Shown: in pieces, positions 1 through 11,224 of the stretch
Layout of the letters: each line of letters begins with the position of its first letter
Numbering within the stretch: the stretch's first letter is position 1
NCBI GenBank assembly: GCA_009602725.1
Contig: WELB01000010.1
Location: 471,151 to 528,012, forward strand
DNA length: 56,862 nucleotides
DNA from: Spirogloea muscicola
Taxonomy: Eukaryota
Direction of reading: 5' to 3'
The notes under the pieces: model-generated
What the model saw: only the letters and a program-made list of their open reading frames with translations
What the model was told of the DNA's origin: nothing
Databases searched by the model: none
Made by a program: the position numbers and the translations under genes

Positions 1-291
1 TCACTAGGCCGAGCGAACTGCCCGGCCCCGGCCCCTACACATTCTTTATGCTTGGTCAGATAAAGAATGACATTGTTTGTTGGGGTGGGCCATTTGGCCC
101 ATTTGGGTTCCCCGGCCTCAAGGCTAGTGTAGCCCGAGACTCGCTTCTACCACTACCTACCATTTCCCCCACCACTGCCTAACCGATTCCTCACAGCCCA
201 TCGAGGCATATCACGCCTTCGACGTGCTTTCGTGAGCTTTCGCGGCCTAATCAATCAGGGGCTTTGTGTAGTGAAGGTGGCAAGAGAGCAA

Positions 292-487
292 GGACCCACT
301 TCCACGAGCCTAGCATCTCCGTCCTGCGGCTGCTTAGCAGAGGTTGCTGAGTGATTCGTAGCTGCTTTGTTTCTCTGTGTGCTTGTTTTCCTTCGCGCTT
401 CCCCTGGCCCCCTTCTCGTTCTCTGTTCATTCTTTTTTTGGGCTGGCTTTTCCAGCCCCTATTCTTCATGGGCGAGCACTTTCTTCT
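292..487 (+). mobile_element. 5'-truncated 3' end of CRE-like non-LTR retrotransposon, family A
   Basis: Matches the last codons (ctgcggctgcttagcagaggtt) and 3' UTR (gggctggcttttccagcccctattc...atgggcgagcactttcttct) of the element at 5038-7178. Confidence 0.85.
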
Positions 488-929
488 AATGCGCTGCACG
501 CCGAGGCACTGATTGACCATGGCGGCGGAGGAGCCTACGCACCGTTGATGGGCGAAGCGCTGGCGCCGGATCCAGATGATGCTCCAATGCCGAGCCGGAT
601 TGAAACGTACCTTCTCTGACCGAAGCGGGTTGGAGATACCGCGCTCGCGACCCCACCTTCACACCAAATTGGAAAGTGACGAACCCTCGAATATCCACGT
701 GAGCAGCCACCTTCGCATCCTTGTCAGCACCGACACCAATGAGCTACCGACGGGTTGTCGCACGACAGCCCTCTTGGGAGAGGTGGCAGGTGAAGCGCTA
801 CAAGTAGAGGGCAGAGGCCAGACCCAGAAGTCGGATCAGAGACGGCCCGAGAGAGGCACAGCCCTGCTGCTGCCTGCTGCTGCAGCCCGCCACCGCAGCC
901 CTGCTGCTGGCTGCTGCATAGCTTAAGCC

Positions 930-2670
930 CGTCACTGCGGGCCTCGCCGGCTCTCTGCAAGTGCTGTGGCTGCGCCCCACGTGGGGACAGCTGCTAAGCT
1001 GCTAACCCTCCGCAACGTTACCACCTTCTGGCGGTGCCTCAGGGTAAGAATTCGCTGCGCTGGGCGCGTGTGCGCGGTGTGCGCTGGCATTCCACTCTGT
1101 AGGAGGGTTTTGTCTCAAAAACGTCCTATGTCCAAGCCGAAGGACGCTCTGACCCTGACTGTGTGTACAGGAACTGGAGCGTTACAATGTTGGTAGAGGA
1201 GTTCATGCATCTAGCCAGTCTCGTAGAGATTCGGCTGAGTGCAAGGATCTTTGTGAATTCTGAACTAATTTTCTCTTTCGACTTGAAAAACAATCAGGCT
1301 GTACATGGAACTTCATCAGCGAAGCGGCACGTGTGCCACCCTTTCGCCTTCGACATCCATGCACTGGGCCTTCAAGTTCCTAGTGGCTCTTCTTCTCGGC
1401 GGCAATCTGACTTGCCAGGTCAGTACTTGCCTGCTTCAAAACCCTGTGATGGCGGATTGCCGGCCTGTATGGAACACAGGTGACATGGAAGTGAACCCGG
1501 TCGTCGTTGAGCGGCAAAGTTTGGCTGTTTGCCAGGAGCTGGTCGTTGTCCCACTCCTGGTCCCTCGCTCCTGCTGCTAGTACAGCTCTGTGATTTCGAG
1601 GTATGATGCACGTGCTGTTATGATTGCTTGTTTGTCTTAGGCAGAAGTCCTTCTGAGTATTATCTTGCCAACGTGGATCCGCAATATGTCTGCCACCTGT
1701 GACTTGATCCGTCAAGGTATGGTGAGCATGAAGTCGCAAGGAGTTGCCGGACTCCAGCGCGTGTCCTAGCCCTACTCCACCGGTAGTACCACCTCTTAAA
1801 ATCGAGGAGCTCGCTGACGATCTGGCGGAACTCCAGGCGCCAAGTGCGGCTTGCCTGACCTCCAACGACGCGCAGCGCACTGCGCGCCTTCTGGAGCTCC
1901 ATGAGGCCGCGGTCCCGCGTGGGGACCCGGCAGTGGCCTCTTTCACGGGAGCGCTTCTGGAGGAAGTACAGACGCCCATCGCCCATGTGTGCAAGGGCGA
2001 GCGTCGTATTCGCAAGCTCAAGGCCAAAGTACGTGAGTAGCAGCTGGGCGTGCCCGGCCCGCCTCTCCGGCCAAGCTCAGCGAACAGACCTTCAAAGGCG
2101 GCCTCAATGCCTGGCTAGCACAGATACTAGCTTGGTTCGTGCGATGTAGCACGGGCATGCAACAACGCGTGGGTCTTGCAGCCACATATCTCTCCATCAA
2201 TCCCGCACAGTGGTGGGACGGTGTAAAGGAGTCCTCCACCCCGGGGGTCTACAATAAATGGGACTTCTTTGTGCGGTCGTTGTTGAGTATGTATGGCGAA
2301 GTGCACGCCGAGCTGAACGCGCGGCATGAGTTGGACGTCATTCGCATGCGCAACAACGACTTTGAGGATTATGTCTGCCGCTTCATGCTGCTCTTCAAGC
2401 TCAAATGCAGGCCCATGGACAAGGCGAACCAATGTCAACGGTCCAAGGCGGGGCTGCCGGAGCATGTGGCTCTTTAGCTCAAATGGATGCAGTGACCATT
2501 CAGCCCATGGACACTTTAGACCCCCTCAATGAGCAGGCGTGCCTCACCTTTGCAATGTACCTGCGAAAGCGTCCACGGGTTGAAGCTGTTATTGACCCGG
2601 CTGCGCCTTTGTCCTGAAGCGCAGGCCCAATAGTACGCGAAGCACGAGTGCCAAGCTCTAATCTGGGGCA
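930..2670 (+). mobile_element. Degenerate gag-bearing retroelement, copy 1 (Ty3/Gypsy- or DIRS-type capsid, no pol seen)
   Basis: Across frameshifts it reads SPAKLSEQTFKGGLNAWLAQILAWF...RVGLAATYLSINPAQWWD...KWDFFVRSLLSMYG...ARHELDVIRM...EDYVCRF, a Retrotrans_gag-like pattern. It contains stops and frameshifts. Confidence 0.75.
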
Positions 2671-2744
2671 GGAGCGCCCAACCAAGGCAGTGGCCTTTGT
2701 CCTGGAGGAGGATCGAGCTCGTTACCGGTGTGGCCAAAAAATTG

Positions 2745-4490
2745 CTCCACATAGGGCTTGGCACTAGTACTTGGCATACTACTGGGCCTGCAATTGGAGA
2801 GCGTGGCGCAGCCGGGTCGACAACAGCTTCAAGCAATGGACGCTTCCGCGGGTACATCGCGAAAGTAAGGCGCCTGCTCGATGAGGAGGTCCAATGTATC
2901 CACGGGCTTGGACGTCACTGCGTCCAGTTATGCCAGCAGAGCCACATGCTCCAGAAGCCCAGCTTCATATTGTTGACACTGGTCCACGTAGTCCATCGGC
3001 CTGCAGTGACTTTAAATAGCAGCATATTGAATCGGCAGACATAATCCTTGAAGACGTTGTTGCGCATGCGGATCACATCCAACTCGTCCATGTTTCTGTT
3101 TAGCTCGGCGTGCACTTTGCTGTACATACTCGACAATGTTGCACGAAGAAGTCCCACTGGTTGTAGACCCCCGGGGTGGAGGACTTCTTGACACGGTCCC
3201 ACCACTGTGCAAGATCACCGGAGAGGTATGTGGCTGCAAGACCCACTCGCGCCCGTGCTACGAACCAAGCCAATATCTCCGCTAGCAAGGCGTTGAGGCC
3301 ACCTTTGAAGGTCTGTCCACTGAAATTGGCTGGAGAAGGGGGCCGGGCATGCCCCAGCTGCAACTCCCCGTACTTTTGCCTTCAGTTTGTGGATCCAGCG
3401 CTCGTCCTTGCACATACGGGCCATGAGCGTCCGTACTTCCTCCAAAAGGGCTCTCGTAAGGGAGGATAGTGCCGGGTTCCCACGCAAGACCGCAGCCTCA
3501 CACAGTTGAGGGGCACTGCGCAGCGCGTTATCGGAGGTCAGGCTGTCTGAGCTTGGCGACTGGAATCCGCCAGTTCATCAACGAGCTCCTTGACGTCGTG
3601 AGGTTGCAGCATTGGTGGAGGAGGGCCAGGACAAGTACTGGAGTCTGCAGACTCTACACCTTTACACCACACATTGACGGATCAAGTCAGAGGTGGCAGA
3701 CATATTGCGGATCCATACTGGCAAAACAATACTCAGAGGGATTGGTGTCCCAGACCAACAAGCAATACTGACGGCATGTGTGCCATACCCCAAAACCACG
3801 AAGCTGAGAAAGCAGGACGAGGGAGGGACCAGAGCTGGATATCCGACCAGCTCCTGGCGTACAGCCAAACTTTGCTGCTCAACGGCGACCGCTTTCACCT
3901 GCGTGTCATACAGGCCGGCAGTCCAACGGTCACAGGTGGTTCATGCAGGCAAGTACGCACCTGGCAATATAGATTGCCGCTGGGGAGAAGAGTCACTCGC
4001 ATCTTGAAGGCCCGGTGCGAGGATGTCGAAGGCGAAAGGGTGTGACATGGGCCCCTCTGCCAGCTCCACGTACTGTCTGAATTCACTAAATAGACCAAAA
4101 TTAGTAGTCCAGTACTCACAAAGGTCCTTGCACTGCCAGCCGCAAAGCAGCATCTTCACGATACTGGCCAGATGCAAGAACTCCTCTGATACCAATGTAA
4201 CAACCGATCCCTGTACGCACAGTCAGGGTCAGAGCTCCTGTTTAAGGTTTGGACATGAGAGGTTCCTGAGACAAACTTTCCTACAGAACAGAACGCCAGC
4301 GCACACACAGCGCATACACGCGCACAGAGCGCAGCGGAAGTCTTACCCTGAGGCGACGCCGGAAGGCGGTGGCTCTACTGAGGGTCAGCAGCTTGCCGCT
4401 GTCCCCCCATGGGGCGCCGCCATAGCATAGTGAATCGCGGCGCAGCCATAGCATAGCCAACGAGGCCGCAGCCCAAGGCACAGTGACCAA
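2745..4490 (-). mobile_element. Degenerate gag-bearing retroelement, copy 2 (inverted relative to copy 1)
   Basis: The reverse complement is collinear with 930-2670 and encodes PANFSGQTFKGGLNALLAEILAWF..RVGLAATYLSGDLAQWWDRVK...YNQWDFFV. Confidence 0.75.
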
Positions 4491-4800
4491 GCACGCCGTA
4501 TGCGCCGGGCTCTACGCTTTCTGGGCGTGGGCGCAGACGCAGGTGCGGGTGGGCGCAGGCGCGGCAGGAGGGTAAGACTCGCCAAGCGAACTGCTTGGCA
4601 GTGGCCGGCTGGCCTCGGCTTTTGGGCCGGTCACGCCGAAGATGCTAGCGCTGCCTGATAGGCCAGGTTCGGTCGTTGGCTGAAATGGTTGTGCCGATCC
4701 GATTACTGGTGGCGGGCTCCAGCGCGCCGTTTCCACCATCGCCTCGCCACCGCGTCTGTAGCGCCACCTGCACGGGGTGCTTGAGGTGCCTTCAGAAAAA

Positions 4801-5030
4801 CGAGAAAGTGCTCGCCCATTGAGAATAGGGGCTGGAAAAGCCAGCCCAAGAAAGAATCAACAAAGGACGAGAAGGAGGCCAGGTAAGCGCTAAGAAAACA
4901 AGCACACAAAGAAACAAAGCAGCTACGGATCACTCAGTGACCTCTGCTAAGCAGCCCCAGGTCAGAGACGCTAGGCTCCTGGAAGTGGGTCCCCCTGCCA
5001 GAGCCAGAGGCAGCAGCGAGGGCTCTGCCC
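4801..5030 (-). mobile_element. Family A 3' fragment in head-to-tail tandem with the long copy
   Basis: Near-duplicate of 5038-5278 (ORF tail plus 3' UTR). Confidence 0.85.
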
Positions 5031-5037
5031 TTCAGAT

Positions 5038-7178
5038 GAAGAAAGGGCTCGCCCATTGAGGATAGGGGCTGGACAAGCCAGCCCAAAAAAGAATGAACAA
5101 AGAACGAGAAGGGGGCCAGAGGAAGCCAGAGGAAGCGCTAAGAAACCAAAGCACACAAAGAAAGAAAGCAGCTACAAATTACTCAGTAACCCCTGCTAAG
5201 CAGCCGCAAATCAGAGAGGCTAGGGTCCTGGAAGTGGGTCCCCTGGACAGAGCCAGAGGCAGCAGCGAGGGCTCTCCCGGCACGAAGGTGCAGCGCACGG
5301 GCCATGGACCTCTGCAGCGAGACGGCCAAGCGCATGCGATACACTTGCGCCAGCGACCCGGCTGCAGGAAAGTCTACCGGTTCACCATGGAAGCGACGGG
5401 CGATTGCGTGGCGGGCGAGCTGGTTAAGTAGCTCAAGCCACCGAGCGCCCAGTGCCCCATGGATGTCAATTGCCAACGGGAAGAACTCGTCTTCCGGTGG
5501 ATGGTCGGCGTACTTGATCTCTTTTGCCCGAGCGGCGCAGGCGACCGCATACCCAGCCTTGGTGGCAGACTGGGCTGGGTGGGAGCGGTCAAATGCGTCG
5601 GTAGTCACCACATCCAGAAGCAGACGTGGCCCGCCGGCCTGTGGGGTGGCCACCAGGTCGACGCGACGAGCGTGGAGACCGTCGGCCCTGGCCTGGAGCG
5701 GCATGACGCCGGAGTGCTCCGCTGCCACCGCGAAGCCAGCCTCCACCAGGATGCTGTGCATCGCGTCCCGGAGGCGGTCGTGGGCCGCCGTCCTCTCGCC
5801 GCCATGGGAACAGCGCAGGACGTGAGCAGCCAGCTCGCCAGGCTTGGCCCCTCGCTCGCCACACTGGCATTGACGCACGCCCTGGAGGCATGGAGGCGGC
5901 AGCCCCAGGAGCCGGTGGACGGCAGTGCGAAACACCTCATCTGGGAGGGTCAGGGCGTCAGTGATGGGGAGTGCCTGGAGCCACGCCGCTGCCCCCGGGG
6001 AGGAGGCCGAATGTAGTCTCGCGCGCCCGCGCAGGTCAGCCTCAGGAAGCTGCAGCACGGCGGTGGTGTAGGCGGCCTTGTCGACGACGGCCGCGAAGCG
6101 CGCTTGGACGCGCAGGTCAGCGGTGTGCGCGAGGTGCGCAAAGGAGACCGCCTGGCCGGCCATGTCGGGGTGCGCCGCGAGCAGCTCCTGGTGGGCGGTG
6201 CGAAGCGCCACCTGGAACGGCAGCGCGCCTTTGTCCACCTCCACCACCGCCTGCTCCAGTGCACGCCGGCCATGGACCATGAAGCGCTGAGCCACGGAGG
6301 CGGCAGTCTGCGCCCAGCTGCCGAGGTATGCAGCCCGGCATGAGCGGACGAGCGGGCGCAGGCCGAGACCCCCGTGGCTGATGGGTAGCGCCGCCTGGTG
6401 GATAGCGGCTGGCGACTGGGGGAAGCCCTGGTGGCGGACCAGGGCCGCCAAGCTCGCCACCATGCCCGCGTCGAAAGTCGCGTACGCCGCCAATGCCTCT
6501 GGGGACGGCGGGGTGGCCCGCGTCAAGTACTGGGGCCGCTGCCCGATGGCCTTGGTCAGCATGGCCAAGGACAGCTGCATATCCTCCAGCTCGGGGAGCC
6601 GGGCCGCGGGCTGAAGGTGCTCCGCGAGGCGGGCTCGCAGCTGCCCCTCCACGAAGGCTGGCGTGCCGATGGGGACTCCCAGGAGGGTGAAGCCGTCTGC
6701 CGGAGTCCGGCAGCCCGGGGGCAGCGCCAGGGTGGGTAGGATCACGCCAGGGGACCAAGCCGCGCACTTCGCCGGCCGGATGGTCAGGCCGAGGGTGGCC
6801 AGCTGCTGCGTGAAAGTAACGAAGGCCGCCGCCACGTCTTCCGGAGGGCCGACGATGGTGGTGTCGTCCGCGTAGGTGGGAAGAAGGACTCCTGGGTGGG
6901 CCGCAGCGGTAGCCTGCAGAGCCCGGTTGTGCGCGAGCGCAAAGAAGAAGCCGGCGAGGGGGTCCCCTTGCCGCGTGCCCGAGCGGGACTGCAGGACCTC
7001 CACCTGATCACCCCCTGTCCACCAGAGGAGGTCGCTGGGCTGACCGTACCCCAAGCGGAAAAAGGGGACCAGGGAGGGGAAGGAGGCCCGGAGCTCCTCC
7101 GCAATGCAGGCGCGCTCCACGGTGTTGAAGGCGTTTGCCACGTCGACGGCAAGCACCAGCCAGCTCGGATGGGTCTCC
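5038..7178 (-). mobile_element. CRE-clade-like non-LTR retrotransposon (RT + CCHC + restriction-like endonuclease), family A, 5'-truncated
   Basis: Contains the uninterrupted ORF 5183-7156 and a ~145-nt 3' UTR ending in a TTC-rich tail. Homology stops just upstream of HPSWLVLAVD. Confidence 0.9.
5183..7156 (-). CDS. Reverse transcriptase-RLE endonuclease ORF of family A (N-terminally truncated)
   Basis: RT motifs DVANAFNTVER, GTRQGDPL, YADD and LLGVPIG. Zn-knuckle CQCG...HVLRC. RLE motifs HDRLRD, RRVDLV, LLDV, KEIKY and FFPLAIDIHGALG. Ends SDLRLLSRGY*. Confidence 0.9.
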   Translation of the reverse strand: MLAVDVANAFNTVERACIAEELRASFPSLVPFFRLGYGQPSDLLWWTGGDQVEVLQSRSGTRQGDPLAGFFFALAHNRALQATAAAHPGVLLPTYADDTTIVGPPEDVAAAFVTFTQQLATLGLTIRPAKCAAWSPGVILPTLALPPGCRTPADGFTLLGVPIGTPAFVEGQLRARLAEHLQPAARLPELEDMQLSLAMLTKAIGQRPQYLTRATPPSPEALAAYATFDAGMVASLAALVRHQGFPQSPAAIHQAALPISHGGLGLRPLVRSCRAAYLGSWAQTAASVAQRFMVHGRRALEQAVVEVDKGALPFQVALRTAHQELLAAHPDMAGQAVSFAHLAHTADLRVQARFAAVVDKAAYTTAVLQLPEADLRGRARLHSASSPGAAAWLQALPITDALTLPDEVFRTAVHRLLGLPPPCLQGVRQCQCGERGAKPGELAAHVLRCSHGGERTAAHDRLRDAMHSILVEAGFAVAAEHSGVMPLQARADGLHARRVDLVATPQAGGPRLLLDVVTTDAFDRSHPAQSATKAGYAVACAARAKEIKYADHPPEDEFFPLAIDIHGALGARWLELLNQLARHAIARRFHGEPVDFPAAGSLAQVYRMRLAVSLQRSMARALHLRAGRALAAASGSVQGTHFQDPSLSDLRLLSRGY

Positions 7179-7479
7179 CTCGTTGCGCTTCCGGCGCCGT
7201 GCGTGGGCTTTGGCCCTTGTAGTCGCTTCGTTCTTGTTGTCCTCCGACTTTAATGAGCAAATTTGATGAGCGGTCGCCTCGACCCCCGGTCTTGCAGATG
7301 TCCGCCTTCCCCGCTCGATCCACACCCAAAACTGTGTGATTCAGCCGCAGAGATTCACTTGTGTCAAGCCAGGTCGGCTGTCTGAGGCAGACCGACATGA
7401 ATAAGCGGCGGTCGACTCACCTTCTCAATCTTTTCGGGCTGGCTGCTCACAGCCCTTGCTCTTCCTTCGGAAGAGCCAC

Positions 7480-7735
7480 CTTCTTTCTGTTCATTCTTTT
7501 TTGCGCTGGCTTTTCCAGCCCCTATTCTCAATGGGCGAGCACTTTCTTCTTTCTCACAACCGGGCGGATCGGAGGGGCACACATGTCGGCCGCACCGACA
7601 GGTCGAGTAGGGACGGGCCCGGCCCGCCCTCCCGTCTGGCTAGCCTGTGGCTCCGCTAGCATGGTCATGAACACCGTCTGTAAGAACCTGGATGGCTTCT
7701 ACAGCCGCTCTTCCACCATCAGCTGCATTCCCTCC
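7480..7735 (+). repeat. Tandem 3' UTR fragments of family A (7480-7553) and family C (7620-7735)
   Basis: Contains ctggcttttccagcccctattctcaatgggcgagcactttc and ctagcctgtggctccg...ctggatggcttctacagccgctctt, both seen elsewhere in the window. Confidence 0.7.
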
Positions 7736-8341
7736 CTGCCGCCCGCCGGCAGGCCACTGCCGCCGCTCGGCGTTGTGCGGGATGCCAATTCCCCGCTGGC
7801 ACAACCTTGACACCTCACCGCCGCCACTACCGCCAGCAGCGCCAAGCGGGGCCGCTGGGGCGGCTCCGAGGCGCAGGCGGGAGTCGGCCTTCGGGCGCTG
7901 CTGCTCCTCGACGACGCCGGCGGTCGCGCCGCCAACGACGCCGGTGGGCGCCGCGCCGCCGACCCGCATTGTGGGCGCCCGCCTGGAGAGCCGATATGGG
8001 CTTTGGGTTTGGGGGTTTAGGGTCCTCGCCCAGAATCGCCGCCGGCCCTGTGGCGGCTACAGTGGCTCGTCTAGCCACAAGCGGCGGCGCTCCACTGGCG
8101 CTTACAGCTGTCTCGGCTTCGAAGACGCATGGGTGCCACAACGCACTGCAGTCCTGTTTTTGCGCTTGGCTCCCGCGGAAGTGTGCGGGCGTGCCTTACG
8201 TTGGCCTCGTGGGCTTTGTGCGGCGCTTGGCTTTATAATGCTGTGGGGTGATAACGGCTGAGTGCCCCAGGGCTGCCTGCCCAGAAGCGCCGGCGCAGAG
8301 GAGGGCTGAGAGCTGACGGAGCGCTGCTCTGCCTCGCGCAG

Positions 8342-9072
8342 GTGCTGCAGCCAATGCGGGCACCTCCACCTCGGTTGCCTCGTCATGCGCGACGAGCAGG
8401 GCATGCACTGAGGACTGGAGCTCTAGCCCAAGTTTCACGAGTGCAGCGAGCTCTTTCCTGCATTCGCTGGAGCCACCAGGCATACTCTTGCGGCGGAGCT
8501 TCTCCGCTGCCCCGCTGGGCGAGGACACGGAAGCCAAGGCCCAAAAAGTGCCGGATGCAGTAGGCCGGAAGGATCACGCTGCAAACACTTCCAAAGCGGG
8601 CGACTGTAGGCCACAGCTGCAGTCTGCTACCTCCTCCATTGAGGAAGGTGACGTTGCAATAACGGCATTGCCAGGTATTGACGGCGTGGTAGTGGTCTTC
8701 ACCGACCAGCTGCAGTCACCAAAGTCTGCAAAGAGCTTGTACGAGGATTGGCGAAGAGATTGTGCCGGTTCTGCTGGTGGGTCTGCCAGGCATCCTTGGC
8801 AAGAGGTGGAGGCCAGCAGACCAGCGAGCAGGGCCGAGGAGCTGCTGCCAAGTTGGCAGGCTGCAGAGGCAGCACCTGGCAAGTCGTCAAAAAGCCAACC
8901 ACTTCTGCTTGTCTTCACGGTGCAATGTATACTGGTCGCCCTTTACTTGACCAGCGTAGCGCTCAAGGCTGCCGAGCTAACCTTCCGCCTCACGTTCTGG
9001 CCGGTCGTGCTCCTCATTGGAGGTCAAGTCTTCATTCAGATAGCCTTTCTTCGCGTTGACAACTCCGTCTAG
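8342..9072 (+). CDS. Hypothetical protein, terminal exon with two C-terminal hydrophobic (likely TM) segments
   Basis: Open frame from a cgcag| acceptor at 8341 to TAG at 9072, ending LLLVFTVQCILVALYLTSVAL...FWPVVLLIGGQVFIQIAFL. No recognised family, and the first exon is not defined. Confidence 0.4.
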
Positions 9073-9876
9073 CATTAGCCACTTGCTGTGATGCTACTCA
9101 CCTCCTTTTCAACCCCTTGTACTTATAGCTTCGTACTTCTATGGGCACGGCCCAGAGAAGTAACGAAGTGATAGTCCCTGCCACTGAGAGACCACCTTAG
9201 ATCTTTACACTCCAAGATGTAAATCTATGATTGCGCACAGAAGCAGAAGTGAAGACGCGTGGTGCGCATGAACCGAAAGGGAGGTCAAAGCAAGCCAGTA
9301 CACTGAAGGAGCAGAGCGCAGATCCACTACTTAGATATAGCTATCCGAAGTCGGCAGCATGGAGGAGCTAACTAGCCTTACTGCATATCGCGTATGGAAA
9401 AAAGCACCTCACTGAAGGCTGAAGTTACTCACGAGCAATAAGTGCTATGCAGTATGCTACAGTGTGCAATATTTATCATGGATGTGCAACTTCAAGGTGC
9501 AAGCATTCTAGACACTGAACAACTGCGCACCAGCAGTATGCGTGCTGCTTGCATCACTCAGTGCAGGTCAGAAGAGCCCTTTGCACCCTGTGTCACAAAT
9601 AAAAAGGTTGGTAGTAGGACAGCCACCCATCACCTGGTACCAAGTGCTGCAATCGCCCCCCCTAGGCACAGTGGCTGAGGACACAACTGTCCAACAGCCA
9701 ATGCATACTTCAAAGGGGACTACAGCAAAGGACAGCACAGTGACTCATGCACGGCCTTAAGTGAGGTGCGCACTTATTGGTTGTAAATCATGGTTGAGCA
9801 GGCAAAGCTGCTGTTTGTGAGGACTCATATCTCTCCATAGACTGCTCTCCACTAACTTGCATAACCAGGTGCTACC

Positions 9877-11224
9877 CTATGACTCAGCCGGAGGAGGAGC
9901 GTCCGAGGTGGTAACTGTGGTGCCCCAGTTTGCAGGGGGGACTGTGACACGGCCAGCGATGCGGTCAAGATCACGCTGGCCATCCGACGTTATTCTCCGC
10001 CCGCTGCCACAGACAAGCATTCGGATGTCAAAAATGCAACCAGCAGGGACAGGTGTGCATCATCACACGCAGCCTTTGGCGGCCATTAAACAAGGAGCTC
10101 CACAGTCGTTTAGCAACGTAACAAAGCCACGTGCTTGACAGACCACTCACCCCTTGGTATCCAACTCCACGATCTTGATACGCTCCAGCTGCTGCAGCAC
10201 GTGCCGCGCTATGGAACCACTGCTCTTGGCAAAGTGCGAAGGCTTGCTACCTCTCCGCTTCCGCCCGCCTGCGCCAAAGACAATGATAGATAGTTTGTGT
10301 GAATAGGAGTCCAGAATATGGAGCCCCAACATTCCCATCCCAAGCAAATCCTAGTCCCGACTTCCAAGACCTTTCTCGCTTACATCCATCATAATCAGGG
10401 TTGCTTTGCATTGGTGAAGCAACAAGAGCGTCTCATGAGCATAGATGCAATGAACAGCAGTGCAAGCGGTGCCAAGCGCGCATGTACCGCACGACCACAC
10501 CAAGAGCGCCCCTTGTAAGCATAATTAAGCATAATACCAATCACGAGCACGGCCAAGCAGCGAGCATGTACCGTATATCTTCTTGAAAGCGCCCACGCCA
10601 ATCCCCTGCCGCAGGTAAATCTTCCTCGCCATGGAGGCTGCAAGTACCACACCAAGCATCTTTAACACCTAATGAGCTTGAGGCCTCGCAGATGTGGCAA
10701 CGTCAGTACTGCCGCATGAAATAGAGCAATGGCAAGGACGTCGCCTCAAGCAGCACGAGAGAGGCGTGCGTTTTCGGCTCACCGGCGCGGATGTAGAACC
10801 AGTCCGCGTCGTACGGGGCGAGCTCCTTGAAGGCAGCAGTCTTCACCAGGTCGCCCCATGACGGCACTTCAATCTGCCAACAGTGCGGCGCATGGTTCAC
10901 GGTGTCAGCCGAGTAGAACCGCGGCTGTCACAGCACCCTCTTGCATCTCAACCAAACTCCATGGCGGACCGTACCGGCTACCTTTCCCTCCATACCCTCG
11001 AGTCAGGAAGCCCATAAGGAGTGCAATGCACAACCCGGCTGCCCCACTGACAGCAGCCAGGGCGGCTGCAGAGCTTGCGGTGAGCGACCGCCTCCGCCGC
11101 CACCACTGAGCTCAACGGGTACGGAACGCGCTGCTACCTTGCCGGTGCGCTTCAGATGCGCGGCGTAGGCCCGCACGAAGTCGTGCGACGGCACGTCCTT
11201 CACCGTCTTGGCGGCTGCCGCCAT
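9877..11224 (-). CDS. RPS19: 40S ribosomal protein S19 (eS19), 5 exons
   Basis: Exons 11224-11138, 10873-10783, 10637-10572, 10268-10151 and 10003-9877, all GT-AG, 489 nt in frame. Reads [63 protein letters not shown]...[18 protein letters not shown]. Confidence 0.97.

Noticed and set aside
40..69. 10-bp inverted repeat cattctttat/ataaagaatg
   Set aside because: Short, single and at the window edge, with no supporting context.
436..487. Recurrent hairpin repeats as a CRISPR array, REP element or Rho-independent terminator
   Set aside because: The context is eukaryotic, spacing is irregular, there are no cas genes, and the repeats are contiguous with retrotransposon ORF tails.
376..487. HDV-like or hammerhead ribozyme in the family A 3' UTR
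   Set aside because: I could not fit the nested double pseudoknot or the CUGANGA/GAAA core by eye. An Infernal/RNAmotif search would be decisive.
1380..1720. Antisense ORF (GGRHIADP.WQ.NTQ) open in both gag copies
   Set aside because: The similarity is explained by nucleotide homology of the two copies. No known motif, and coding status cannot be judged from two sequences.
4184..4197. Minus-strand ..TACA-T-TGGTATCAGAG resembling an LTR end plus tRNA-iMet primer-binding site
   Set aside because: It is not preserved in copy 1, no second LTR was found, and it lies inside the putative spliced exon. Kept only as an alternative reading.
5304..6875. Many long overlapping ORFs antisense to or out of frame with the RT gene, and similarly over SMG8 and the GCC tracts
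   Set aside because: These are shadow ORFs expected from high GC and codon bias, with no recognisable motifs.
7661..7810. ATG 7661 as the start of the hypothetical gene
   Set aside because: It lies within a family C 3' UTR fragment and the frame closes at 7810.
8005..8023. Telomere-like GGGTTTAGGG (also 15445 and 48908)
   Set aside because: Only one or two units each. At most telo-box motifs, not interstitial telomeric arrays.
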